A stretch of DNA of 64,000 bases from contig JAAVHZ010000055.1 in assembly GCA_014799465.1 (NCBI GenBank), positions 12,109-76,108 on the forward strand, written 5' to 3'. Below, in pieces: positions 17,318 to 27,599 of the stretch (within the stretch, counting starts at the first letter, position 1; every line of letters begins with the position of its first letter). Under the pieces are notes generated by a model, which made no database searches, was not told where the DNA came from, and saw only the letters and a program-made list of their open reading frames with translations. This stretch comes from Lachnospiraceae bacterium. Lineage in GTDB: Bacteria > Bacillota > Clostridia > Lachnospirales > Lachnospiraceae. The position numbers and the translations under genes are program-made.

Positions 17318-19840
17318 ATGGAAAAGTACAGAGTTACAGGTATGAGCTGTGCTGCATGCAGTGCCCATGTAGAAAAGGCAGTATCAAATGTAAAAGGTGT
17401 TACACAAGTATCTGTAAGTCTTTTGACGAATTCAATGTCAGTAGAAGGTACGGCATCACATCAAGATATTATAAATGCTGTTACTGCTTCAGGGTATGGA
17501 GCTTCTGTAATGGGAAACGAGATGGCGGATACAGGCGGGCAGTCAGATATCGGAGAAGACACTGACAAAGAAACGAAAATATTGAAGATAAGATTTGCAG
17601 CATCTCTTTGTTTTCTTGTTCCGCTTATGTATATTTCCATGGGACATATGATGTGGAATTGGAAACTTCCAAAGGTATTAGAGAATAATCATCTTTCAAT
17701 GGGGCTTGCACAAATGCTGCTTACAATTATGATTATGGTTATTAACCAGAAGTTTTTTATCAGTGGTATAAAATCATTTTTAAACAGAAGTCCTAATATG
17801 GATACATTGGTTGCACTGGGAGCCGGAGCTTCGTTTGTATACAGTACATTTGCATTATTTGCAATGTCTGATGCTGTAGTGGCAGGTAATATGAACCTTG
17901 CAGAGTCATATATGCACGAATTTTATTTTGAATCTTCTGCAATGATACTTACTCTTATTACATTAGGTAAAACATTGGAATCATATTCAAAGGGACGGAC
18001 AACGGATGCTTTGAAAAGCCTTATGAAACTATCACCAAAGATGGCAGTTGTGGAAAGACAGGGAGAAATGGATTCAGGTACATCCATTGAAGTACAGATT
18101 CCTGCATCTGAGGTTCAGATAGGAGATATATTTGTTGTACGTCCCGGAGACAGCATACCTGTAGATGGTGTTGTTTTAGAAGGCAGCAGTGCAGTGGATG
18201 AGGCAGCTCTTACAGGTGAGAGTGTTCCGGTTGATAAACAGGAAGGGGATACAGTATCAGCCGCTACTATTAATAAGTCCGGCTATATGAAGTGCAGGGC
18301 AACCAGAGTTGGAGAAGATACAACTTTATCTAAGATAATACAGATGGTTAGTGATGCGGCGGCTACTAAAGCTCCGATAGCAAAGGTGGCAGATAAAGTA
18401 TCAGGAATATTTGTACCGATAGTTATAGTTACAGCATTTATTACAATGGCAGTATGGCTTATAGCCGGTAAAGATTTTGGATTTGCTTTGACAATGGGAG
18501 TGTCAGTTCTGGTAATAAGCTGTCCATGTGGATTGGGGCTTGCCACACCTGTAGCAATTATGGTGGGTAATGGAATGGGTGCAAAAAACGGTATATTATT
18601 TAAGACAGCATCATCATTAGAACAGGCAGGAAAAGTTAAAACGGTGGTGCTTGATAAGACCGGAACTATTACAAGCGGTCATCCGAAAGTTACCGGGGTG
18701 ATTGCAGATAAAAATGTAAGCAAAGAGGAATTGCTGAAAATAGCATATTCAATAGAAAAGAAAAGTGAACATCCTTTGGCAGAGGCTATAGTACAATATG
18801 GTAATGAAATTGGTATCTGTGAATATCAGGTGGATAATTTTAAAAATATTCCGGGAAGCGGACTGGAAGGAGTTGTTCTTGAAAAGCCTGTAAAGGCGGG
18901 AAGTCTAAGATTTATAAAAGAATGGGCAGATGTATCTGATGATATGATGCATTATACAGAAAGAATATCTGAAGATGGAAAGACACCACTTCTGTTTGCA
19001 CTTGATAAAAAAGTACTTGGTATAATTGCAGTTGCAGATGTAATAAAAGAAGATAGTCCGGAAGCCGTAAAAGAACTTCAGGATATGGGAATAGAAGTTG
19101 TAATGCTTACCGGAGATAACAAAAAGACAGCCGATGCAGTTGGAAAGCAGGCAGGGGTAGACAATGTTATAGCAGGAGTGCTTCCTGACGGTAAAGAAGA
19201 GGTTATAAGAAATCTTAGCGAATCAGGAATGACAGCAATGGTAGGGGATGGTATAAATGATGCCCCGGCATTGACCAGAGCACATGTGGGAATTGCCATA
19301 GGTGCAGGTACAGATGTGGCGATAGATGCGGCAGATGTGGTGCTTATGAAAAGTACATTAATGGATGTGCCTGCATCCATTAAGCTTGGCAAAGCAGTTC
19401 TTAAAAATATACATCAGAATTTGTTTTGGGCTTTCTTTTACAATGTTGTGGGAATTCCGCTGGCAGCAGGAGTGTTGTATCCGGTATTCGGGGTTAAGCT
19501 GAATCCGATGTTCGGGGCAGCAGCCATGAGTCTTTCAAGTTTCTGCGTTGTTACAAACGCTTTAAGGTTAAATCTGGTAAAATTATATAAAAATACAAAT
19601 ATAAAAAATGAAAGAAGAGAGGTAGTTAAAATGGAAAAAACAATGGAAATTAAAGGTATGATGTGCGGACACTGTGAGGCACGGGTTAAAAAATGCTTAG
19701 AGACACTTGATATGGTCAGTGCAGCAGAAGTCAGTCATGAAAAAGGAACAGCAGTGGTTACATTAAGTGAAGAGATAGATGATGAGCTGCTTAAAAAAGC
19801 TGTAGAAGAACAGGATTATCAGGTTATATCAATAAAATAG
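17318..19840 (+). CDS. copA: Copper-translocating P1B-type ATPase CopA with N- and C-terminal HMA domains
   Basis: GMSCAACS (N-terminal HMA), LTGESVPV, SCPCGLGLATP, DKTGTIT, GDGINDAP, and a C-terminal HMA GMMCGHCE. Confidence 0.95.
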   Translation: MEKYRVTGMSCAACSAHVEKAVSNVKGVTQVSVSLLTNSMSVEGTASHQDIINAVTASGYGASVMGNEMADTGGQSDIGEDTDKETKILKIRFAASLCFLVPLMYISMGHMMWNWKLPKVLENNHLSMGLAQMLLTIMIMVINQKFFISGIKSFLNRSPNMDTLVALGAGASFVYSTFALFAMSDAVVAGNMNLAESYMHEFYFESSAMILTLITLGKTLESYSKGRTTDALKSLMKLSPKMAVVERQGEMDSGTSIEVQIPASEVQIGDIFVVRPGDSIPVDGVVLEGSSAVDEAALTGESVPVDKQEGDTVSAATINKSGYMKCRATRVGEDTTLSKIIQMVSDAAATKAPIAKVADKVSGIFVPIVIVTAFITMAVWLIAGKDFGFALTMGVSVLVISCPCGLGLATPVAIMVGNGMGAKNGILFKTASSLEQAGKVKTVVLDKTGTITSGHPKVTGVIADKNVSKEELLKIAYSIEKKSEHPLAEAIVQYGNEIGICEYQVDNFKNIPGSGLEGVVLEKPVKAGSLRFIKEWADVSDDMMHYTERISEDGKTPLLFALDKKVLGIIAVADVIKEDSPEAVKELQDMGIEVVMLTGDNKKTADAVGKQAGVDNVIAGVLPDGKEEVIRNLSESGMTAMVGDGINDAPALTRAHVGIAIGAGTDVAIDAADVVLMKSTLMDVPASIKLGKAVLKNIHQNLFWAFFYNVVGIPLAAGVLYPVFGVKLNPMFGAAAMSLSSFCVVTNALRLNLVKLYKNTNIKNERREVVKMEKTMEIKGMMCGHCEARVKKCLETLDMVSAAEVSHEKGTAVVTLSEEIDDELLKKAVEEQDYQVISIK

Positions 19841-19876
19841 TATTTGTATGAAATAAGATTTTACAAGAAAATTGAA

Positions 19877-19927
19877 CTGACCTCCAAATGCAGACTTAAA
19901 AATCTGATGATTGGAGGTCAGTTTTTT
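19877..19927 (+). terminator. Rho-independent terminator after copA
   Basis: Perfect 11-bp stem CTGACCTCCAA / TTGGAGGTCAG, 23-nt loop, T6 run. Confidence 0.75.
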
Positions 19928-20114
19928 ATTAATATTAAAGTACCCAGCTCAGGAGATTAGCAGTAACTTTTTTGAAACTTTGTAAGTAAATTTAAAAATT
20001 TTACTTCTATATTGAATTTAATATTTAATAGTACTACAATGATATTGGAAGGATAAATAAAGTTTTTTCGTAAATGTATAATTATTTGCGAAATGATTTA
20101 AGGAGGTAGATTGG

Positions 20115-21311
20115 ATGTAAAAAAAATTAAAATTAGTTGGGATGCTGTCACTGGTTGTTGTATTACTATTTACCAATGGAAAAGGGGGTATATGCGGAGA
20201 TTAGTTCTGAAGAAGAAGTATCTGATGAAAGTCAAAGTGGTTTGCAAAAATTGAATGAATATGCACTTTCTTTTGGAAAGTTTATTGTAAATGATGAAAG
20301 CATTTATGTGGCTGATATCTTAATGATTTATGATGAAAACGGGATATGTGAATATTGCTTTGATTATGAATCTGGTGGAGTGCCATATGGTTATGCAATA
20401 TACAATATAGAAAATAGTGATATTACGGTATTTTCTATAGAAAAAGGACAAGCGGGGCTGTATGAAAAAATTATTAGCAGCTTAAGTAATAATATATTTG
20501 AAAAAACAAATATTTTATTAAAGAATGTGGACTTAGATTATTTCGCAGTATTAATACAGGATGAAGAAGAAATTGCGGTTAATCGAAGGGTGAAACAGTT
20601 AAGGGTGAAGCGTTGTATAAAATGGGTTATAACCCAATCAGTACATTGAGTTATGATGATATTTTTGATATATCGGGTGATATACCTGATACAATTGCCT
20701 ATACTCACTATTTGAAGTATGACAAAAGCTTGGATAATCCGGCAAGATATGGAGAAGAGTATATAACAGGAACATTAAATGAGCCATATGCTTGTGCAGT
20801 TACAGCCATGCTGAATGTGTGTGCAAACAATAGATTTTTTGATGTTACAACTGTAAAAGGAAGAAAAAAGGCATATGAAGATTTATGGTTGTTATCAGGA
20901 ACAAAGTTAAACAAGGGTACCGGCGAATATGTTACTGATAAAAATCAAATAGGGCATAGTGTCGCAATGTTTGCAAAACAAAATAAAGGTATAACAGTAA
21001 ATTATAGCAGTAAGAATAATCCATCATTGAGTTTTTTTACATCAGCAATAAACAATGGTTATTCTTCAATTTTAGGTGTATCAACTTCGTGCACTAATGG
21101 TGGACATACAGGTATAGCAGGTCATGCATATAGTGTTATTGGTTACAAAAATTATGCACCATGTAAAAGTGGAGACAGCTCAAAGATATATTTGAGAGTT
21201 GCATCAGGATGGGGAAATTTGGGAGATACACAATATATACTATATAATAGTATAAATGTTATTTCAAAATACGGTACAGTTTGGAAGTATAAGCCAAAGC
21301 TTGCTCCATAG
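20115..21311 (+). pseudogene. Disrupted secreted pre-pro cysteine protease, streptopain-like (C10 family)
   Basis: SD AAGGAGG plus ATG 20115 is followed at once by TAA. The signal peptide, prodomain-like part and catalytic domain (EPYACAVTAMLNV; AGHAYSVIGY..ASGWGN) lie in three successive frames. The ORF-track pieces are 20137-20649 and 20613-21311. Confidence 0.6.
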
Positions 21312-21338
21312 ACATTTATGATAAGGGGGAATAATCAT

Positions 21339-22121
21339 ATGAATATAAAGAAAAGTATATCTATAATTGTGTCAATAGTGTTATTATGTACTATATCAGG
21401 CTGTGGTGATAAAAAAGCAGATACGGCAGAAAATGTAACAAAGTATGAACCGTTGAAGTTGGTGTATCAATCATTACATGACGAATATACATGGCTGGAG
21501 CATTTTCCCCAAGAAGCAAATGGAGATGGAATATTTGAAAGTGTTAATATTTGCGGAATAGATTATAGCAAAGATATGACACTTGAAGAATTTATAAAGG
21601 AAGGATGGGTTGTGGAGGAATATACAATAACCACAACGTATAAAAATCTGACTAAAAGTGATGTTCCACACGCAATGTTTGACGAGGACAATTCAATAGA
21701 AAAAAGTATAAAATTTATAGAAGCACTGAATGACACAATATCACAGGATACCTGCAAATTTCTGATGCGTAACCCTGTTACAGATGATATAGTCTATGTG
21801 ATTGTATGCAGGGAACCGGATGGAAAATGGAAAGATACAAAAATATGCGGATATGAATATTACTGGAAGATGACAGAGGAAGATTCATTTTCCATAAATG
21901 AAATTACTCAGGATATGAGCCGGAAACAGATAGATGAAAGGCTGTTGGCATCTAAGGGCAGTTTTGCAAAGGCTGAATATAGTGATAATAATAAAATAAA
22001 CAATATTTATTATACAGATGAATCAGCAACGGCTGGTATCCGTATAAAATACACATATATAAGTAAATTTGATAAAAACGAACCATATGAAAAAACAATT
22101 ACAGTGAGCATAAGGAATTAA
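21339..22121 (+). CDS. Lipoprotein of unknown function
   Basis: Signal peptide with lipobox LLCTISGC. SD AAGGGGG lies 8 nt before ATG 21339, which is preferred over the track start at 21318. Confidence 0.7.
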   Translation: MNIKKSISIIVSIVLLCTISGCGDKKADTAENVTKYEPLKLVYQSLHDEYTWLEHFPQEANGDGIFESVNICGIDYSKDMTLEEFIKEGWVVEEYTITTTYKNLTKSDVPHAMFDEDNSIEKSIKFIEALNDTISQDTCKFLMRNPVTDDIVYVIVCREPDGKWKDTKICGYEYYWKMTEEDSFSINEITQDMSRKQIDERLLASKGSFAKAEYSDNNKINNIYYTDESATAGIRIKYTYISKFDKNEPYEKTITVSIRN

Positions 22122-22126
22122 TATAT

Positions 22127-22170
22127 AAGGCATTACTAATCTTGGTATATCATGATTAGTAATGCCTTTT
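22127..22170 (+). terminator. Rho-independent terminator
   Basis: Perfect 15-bp stem AAGGCATTACTAATC / GATTAGTAATGCCTT followed by TT. Confidence 0.75.
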
Positions 22171-22189
22171 GTATTTGTATTAAATAATC

Positions 22190-22218
22190 TTGATGAATAT
22201 TGTAAGATATTGTAGAAT
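22190..22218 (+). promoter_or_regulatory. Sigma-A type promoter for the subtilase / ATPase operon
   Basis: TTGATG, 17-nt spacer, TAGAAT. Confidence 0.4.
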
Positions 22219-22324
22219 TAAGCTGAATGAATAAAATTACTTTAGATAATTAAGAAGCATAACAGAACGGATAGATAGTGAATATCATATTATGTTAAAA
22301 AGAAGTTAATAGGTGTGATGAGCA

Positions 22325-23236
22325 TTGAACAATGTCCGTAAATCACTTGGTATAGATAGATTGCATTCGGCCGGTATTACCGGAAAAGGTATAAATATAG
22401 CAGTTATTGATACAGGAGTGTTATCAGGTCACAGAGATTTGAGAAATAATATAATAGGATTTAAAGATACAATATTTCATAAAGAAAATCCCTATGATGA
22501 CAATAGTCATGGAACCCATGTGGCAGGTATAATAGCCGGAACAGGAGAAGTATCCGGAGGATATTATAGGGGTATGGCTCCCGATGCGGGGCTTCTTGTG
22601 ATAAAAGCACTTAACAGTAATGGGAAAGGTAAGGCTGGAAGTGTAATTGAGGCAATAGATTTTGTTATTAAGAATAAAAGCAGATATGGAATAGATATTG
22701 TTAATATTTCAGTAGGTACACTGTCAGGTGAAAGCAGTAAAAAAGAAGAACTTGAAAATCTGAAACTTTTAAATGGAGTTGAGGAACTGTGGGACAGAGG
22801 GATTGTTGTTGTAGTGGCAGCAGGAAATAATGGTCCCGGAAATGGCACTATAACTATACCCGGTATCAGCAGAAAAGTTATAACAGTAGGAGTATCTGAT
22901 GATTATAAGGGCATAAACAGAGGCAGGAATGAGAGAATTATCAATTATTCAGGACGTGGGCCGGCAAATTGTATAATGAAACCTGAGATAGTGGCACCGG
23001 GCTCAGGAATAATAAGTTGTTCGAACAGGCAGAATAGTTATACACAGAAAAGTGGAACTTCAATGGCAACACCTGTAGTTACGGGAAGTGTGGCATTATT
23101 AATGTCAAAAAATCCCGGAATTACTAATAAAGAGGTTAAAATGAAGCTGAAGGAAAATGCCATTGACCTTAATTATAGTAAACAGCATCAGGGATGGGGA
23201 ATGGTTAACCCATTAGGAATGCTTGGAATAAATTAG
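22325..23236 (+). CDS. S8 subtilisin-family serine protease, leaderless and without prodomain
   Basis: AVIDTG (Asp), HGTHVAGI (His), AAGNNG (Asn), GTSMATPVVTG (Ser). TTG start with SD AGGTG 9 nt upstream; an in-frame TGA lies 3 nt (one codon, GCA) upstream of the start. Confidence 0.88.
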   Translation: MNNVRKSLGIDRLHSAGITGKGINIAVIDTGVLSGHRDLRNNIIGFKDTIFHKENPYDDNSHGTHVAGIIAGTGEVSGGYYRGMAPDAGLLVIKALNSNGKGKAGSVIEAIDFVIKNKSRYGIDIVNISVGTLSGESSKKEELENLKLLNGVEELWDRGIVVVVAAGNNGPGNGTITIPGISRKVITVGVSDDYKGINRGRNERIINYSGRGPANCIMKPEIVAPGSGIISCSNRQNSYTQKSGTSMATPVVTGSVALLMSKNPGITNKEVKMKLKENAIDLNYSKQHQGWGMVNPLGMLGIN

Positions 23237-23255
23237 GCTGGAAAGGCGTAGTATT

Positions 23256-25574
23256 ATGGATGTAAATACAGGACTTACAAGTAAACAGGTTGAAGAAAGA
23301 AAGCATAAGGGATTGCAAAACGGGGATATAGACGTTAAAACAAAGAGTGTAAAACGTATAATTGCCGATAATCTTTTTACGCTGTTTAACCTTGTTAATC
23401 TTATAATGGCTTTGAGTGTTGCAATGGTACATTCTTATAAAAACATGCTTTTTATAGGAGTTGCCGTCTGGAATATGCTGATAGGCATAGTTCAGGAGGT
23501 TCGCTCAAAAAGAGTAATTGACAAAATGAGCATATTATCACAGCCAAAAGCTACTGTATTGAGGGATGGTGTGGAGGAGGAAATTCAGCTTAAAAATGTT
23601 GTATTAAATGATATTCTGGTATTGAAAAGTGGAAATCAGGTATGTGCAGATGCAATTGTACTACATGGAGAATGTGATATGGATGAGAGCCTGCTTACCG
23701 GTGAAAGCGAATGTGTCCATAAAAAAGCAGGCGATGAAATACTGTCAGGCAGTTTTGTGGTTTCGGGAAGTGTCAAGGCAGAGGTAAATCATATAGGTAA
23801 TGAGAACTATGCAGGAAAGATTACTGAAAAAGTAAAATATCTCAAAAAGAACCAGTCAGAAATAATGAAGGCTGTTAAGTTTATTATTAAGGTTGTATCT
23901 GTATGTATAGTTCCTTTAGCAGTGATATTATTATATAACCAGATGAAAGTGACAGGACATGGAATAGATGGGGCTATAATAAATACCGTAGCTGCACTTA
24001 TAGGAACCATGCCTTCAGGTTTGGTGTTACTTACCACCATAGTTATGGAAGTAAGTGTTATAAAACTATCTAAGCATAATACATTGGTACAGGATTTGTA
24101 CTGCATAGAAACTCTGGCAAGGGTGGATGTATTATGTCTGGATAAGACCGGAACCATAACTGAAGGAAAGATGCAGGTTATGGATGTTATAACTATGCCG
24201 GATATGGATGAGGGCAGGCTTCATGATATAATGTGTGGTTTTTGTACTGCAATGGAAGATGAAAATGCCACACTGCAGGCAGTTAAGAAATATTATAACG
24301 AAAAGAGCAGTTGGCAGTCTGTAAAGACAATACCATTTTCATCAGATAAGAAGTGGAGTCTGGCATCATTTGAAGGTCATGGAACTTGTGTACTGGGAGC
24401 TGCGGAATTTTTACCGATGAATGGTGACATGACTGAATATTTTAATGCAGTAAAGAAATATTCAGAAAAAGGCAGCAGGATGTTGGCAGTTGCTTATTCG
24501 AAAAAAGATATGCAAGGAGATATAATACCGGATGATTTAAAGATATCGGCTGTTTTGGTTATTAATGATAAAATAAGAGATAATGCGAATGAAACTATTG
24601 AATATTTCAAGAAACAGGATGTTGATATAAAGATAATTTCAGGTGATTCACCTGATACTGTAAGCATAGTTGCAAGGAATGCAGGTGTTAAAGATTGGGA
24701 CAAGGTCATTAATACGGCAGAATTAACTGATAAGGAGCTTGAAGAAGCCGCAGAAAAATATACAGTATTTGGAAGAGTTACACCTGAGCAGAAATTGAAA
24801 TTGGTGGAGATACTAAAAAGCAGAGGTCATATTGTCGGAATGACAGGAGACGGAGTTAATGATGTAATGGCTCTAAAGGAAGCAGACTGTAGTATAGCCA
24901 TGCATTCAGGCAGTGATGCTGTACGGAGCGTATCACAGATGGTTTTAATGGATTCAGATTTTTCATCAATGCCGAAGATTGTAGCAGAAGGAAGAAGAAC
25001 AATAAATAATATTGAGCGTTCTGCTACATTATATCTTGTAAAAACCATATATTCATTTATATTAGCAGTAGCATTTGCGTTTATAAATTATTCATATCCG
25101 TTTTTGCCTATCCAGCTTACTCTGATAGGTGCACTTGCAATAGGAATACCTTCATTTATACTTGCAATGGAGCCGAATTATGACAGGGTAGAGGGAAAAT
25201 TCTTAATAAATGTAATGCAGGTGGCGGTGCCGGGAGCAATGAGTATAATAGCCAATGTAGTGATGGCATTGATAATTGCAGAAACAACAGGTGCAAATTA
25301 TACGGAAATGTCTACTTTGGCAGCATATCTTACATCAATAGCTTCAATGGTGATATTGTATGATTTATGTATACCATTTAATTTATTCAGAACAATTATG
25401 TTTTCTTTACTGGCGGCAATTTTTTTGGGAGCATTTAATTTTTTTAAGCCGTTATTTTGTGTAACTACAATTCCGTTGGAACTAATAATAGTAGTTGTAT
25501 CGTTGGGAATAGTAACTTTTCTGCTCCATAAATTATTTGTCAGAATTACAGAGTTGTTGTTTAAAGTCGGATAA
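23256..25574 (+). CDS. Cation-transporting P-type ATPase (P2-like, substrate unknown)
   Basis: LTGESECV, DKTGTITEG, GDGVNDVMALKEAD, multiple TM segments. The TM4 motif reads MPSGL. No HMA domain. Confidence 0.88.
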   Translation: MDVNTGLTSKQVEERKHKGLQNGDIDVKTKSVKRIIADNLFTLFNLVNLIMALSVAMVHSYKNMLFIGVAVWNMLIGIVQEVRSKRVIDKMSILSQPKATVLRDGVEEEIQLKNVVLNDILVLKSGNQVCADAIVLHGECDMDESLLTGESECVHKKAGDEILSGSFVVSGSVKAEVNHIGNENYAGKITEKVKYLKKNQSEIMKAVKFIIKVVSVCIVPLAVILLYNQMKVTGHGIDGAIINTVAALIGTMPSGLVLLTTIVMEVSVIKLSKHNTLVQDLYCIETLARVDVLCLDKTGTITEGKMQVMDVITMPDMDEGRLHDIMCGFCTAMEDENATLQAVKKYYNEKSSWQSVKTIPFSSDKKWSLASFEGHGTCVLGAAEFLPMNGDMTEYFNAVKKYSEKGSRMLAVAYSKKDMQGDIIPDDLKISAVLVINDKIRDNANETIEYFKKQDVDIKIISGDSPDTVSIVARNAGVKDWDKVINTAELTDKELEEAAEKYTVFGRVTPEQKLKLVEILKSRGHIVGMTGDGVNDVMALKEADCSIAMHSGSDAVRSVSQMVLMDSDFSSMPKIVAEGRRTINNIERSATLYLVKTIYSFILAVAFAFINYSYPFLPIQLTLIGALAIGIPSFILAMEPNYDRVEGKFLINVMQVAVPGAMSIIANVVMALIIAETTGANYTEMSTLAAYLTSIASMVILYDLCIPFNLFRTIMFSLLAAIFLGAFNFFKPLFCVTTIPLELIIVVVSLGIVTFLLHKLFVRITELLFKVG

Positions 25575-25655
25575 TGTCGAACGATTTTGGTTGAACATAA
25601 ATGGATTGTCGATTATTATAGATATATAGGGAGAAACAGTGTGAGGTGTAGAAAA

Positions 25656-26279
25656 ATGTATATAGATGAGCGGAAGTATTATCAAATTGTATATTCCATG
25701 AGGTCAACTCTAAATGACATATATGCTGTTGCGGAAAAGATGTGTAAGTCAGACAGTGAAAGCGATAAGGAAATTTTTCTGGAGAAAATAAAGGAAAGTG
25801 TTCTTAATTTTCCGGAAATTCAGTCATTGGAATCTGAAAATGAAAAATTTGTTGGAGATATATCTGATTTGCGTATGACTGATACCAGAGTATTAGTAAT
25901 TGATAATAGTGGCACGAGTAATTATGTAATGAAAAGTATTCTTGGAGATTTCGGTGTACATGTAGATGTGGCATTGAACAGCCATGATGGCATTGAAAAG
26001 TTTAAAAATGACAAGTATGACATTATATTTATGGATTATATCATGCCGGATATGAATGGAATAGATACGGCAAAAAAGATAAGGAGTATGAATAATGGCA
26101 AAGACCAGTTAATAATTGGTCTTACAGAAAGTATGGTACCTGAATTCAGAGAAGGATTGAATTCACTGGGTATAGAATTAATGCTCTTTAAGCCGGTAAA
26201 AAAGGAACAGATAGGTTTTATTTTATCAAAAGAATTGCCGCATAAAGCAGTATTCGACTTTACAAGTGAATTTTTATAA
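25656..26279 (+). CDS. Stand-alone receiver-domain protein with an unassigned N-terminal extension
   Basis: Receiver motifs VLVIDNSG, IIFMDYIMPDMNG, IIGLTES, FKPV. ATG 25656 lies 7 nt after GAGGTG and is preferred over the track start at 25587. Confidence 0.7.
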   Translation: MYIDERKYYQIVYSMRSTLNDIYAVAEKMCKSDSESDKEIFLEKIKESVLNFPEIQSLESENEKFVGDISDLRMTDTRVLVIDNSGTSNYVMKSILGDFGVHVDVALNSHDGIEKFKNDKYDIIFMDYIMPDMNGIDTAKKIRSMNNGKDQLIIGLTESMVPEFREGLNSLGIELMLFKPVKKEQIGFILSKELPHKAVFDFTSEFL

Positions 26280-26385
26280 AGTATAATTAGTCCGACAGAA
26301 GTAACTATGCGGCAATAATTAAAGTCAGAAAAGCTTGGTTTTTTGATATGTTGCCCGCAGGAATAAATGCAGAAAGGCGGCTATA

Positions 26386-27594
26386 GTGATGAATAAGATT
26401 AAAATGACAACACCATTAGTAGAGATGGATGGAGATGAGATGACAAGGGTATTATGGCAGATGATAAAGGATGAGTTACTGCTGCCATATATTGATTTAA
26501 ATACAGAATATTATGATCTCGGTTTGAAGCACAGAAATGAAACAAATGATAAGGTTACTGCGGATTCAGCAGAGGCTACAAAAAAATATGGTGTAGCTGT
26601 TAAATGTGCAACAATAACTCCTAATGCTGCAAGAATGGAAGAATACAATTTGAAGGAAATGTGGAAGAGTCCTAACGGTACGATAAGAGCAATGTTGGAT
26701 GGAACGGTTTTTCGTGCACCTATTATAGTAAAAGGTATTGACCCTTGCGTGAAAAACTGGAAGAAACCTATTACACTTGCAAGACATGCATACGGTGATG
26801 TGTACAAAGCAACAGAAATGAAGATTCCTGGAGCGGGAAAGGCAGAATTAGTATTTACTGCTGAAGATGGAACAGAGACTAGAGAAGAGATATTCACATT
26901 TGATGGATCGGGCGTGGTACAGGGACAGCACAACAGGGCAGATTCAATAGAAAGCTTTGCAAGAAGCTGTTTTAAATTTGCTTTAGAAACTAAACAGGAA
27001 CTCTGGTTTGCTACAAAAGATACTATTTCAAAGAAGTATGATCACACTTTCAAAGATATTTTTGCAGAAATATTTGAAAAAGAATATAAGGACAAGTTTG
27101 ACGAAGCAGGCATTACATATTTCTATACATTGATAGATGATGCCGTAGCACGTGTTATGAAGTCAGAAGGCGGATTTATATGGGCATGTAAGAATTATGA
27201 TGGAGACGTTATGAGTGATATGGTGTCTTCGGCATTTGGTTCACTGGCTATGATGACATCAGTTCTGGTATCGCCTCAGGGATATTTTGAGTATGAGGCA
27301 GCACATGGAACGGTACAACGTCATTATTATAAGCATCTTAAAGGCGAGGAAACGTCTACTAATTCGGTGGCTACGATTTTTGCATGGACAGGTGCACTAA
27401 GAAAACGTGGTGAACTTGATGGTAATAAGGAACTTTCTGAATTTGCAGATAAACTTGAGAGAGCATGTTTAAAGACTATCGAAGATGGTAAGATGACAAA
27501 AGACCTTGCACTTATCACTTCTATAGAGAATCCTACAGTGTTAAACAGTCAGGACTTTATAAAAGAGATTCGTAAAACTTTGGAAAATATTTAG
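26386..27594 (+). CDS. icd: NADP-dependent isocitrate dehydrogenase (eukaryote-like subfamily)
   Basis: 402 aa; blocks [32 protein letters not shown]. Confidence 0.9.
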   Translation: MMNKIKMTTPLVEMDGDEMTRVLWQMIKDELLLPYIDLNTEYYDLGLKHRNETNDKVTADSAEATKKYGVAVKCATITPNAARMEEYNLKEMWKSPNGTIRAMLDGTVFRAPIIVKGIDPCVKNWKKPITLARHAYGDVYKATEMKIPGAGKAELVFTAEDGTETREEIFTFDGSGVVQGQHNRADSIESFARSCFKFALETKQELWFATKDTISKKYDHTFKDIFAEIFEKEYKDKFDEAGITYFYTLIDDAVARVMKSEGGFIWACKNYDGDVMSDMVSSAFGSLAMMTSVLVSPQGYFEYEAAHGTVQRHYYKHLKGEETSTNSVATIFAWTGALRKRGELDGNKELSEFADKLERACLKTIEDGKMTKDLALITSIENPTVLNSQDFIKEIRKTLENI

Positions 27595-27599
27595 TCAGA

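Noticed and set aside
20137-20649. The track ORF treated as an independent 170-aa gene starting at TTG 20137.
   Set aside because: Its first approx. 15 codons are an out-of-frame reading of a signal peptide that is encoded in the neighbouring frame behind a strong SD/ATG. Its last approx. 20 codons are basic-rich out-of-frame sequence. It is better explained as the middle piece of the frameshifted protease gene.
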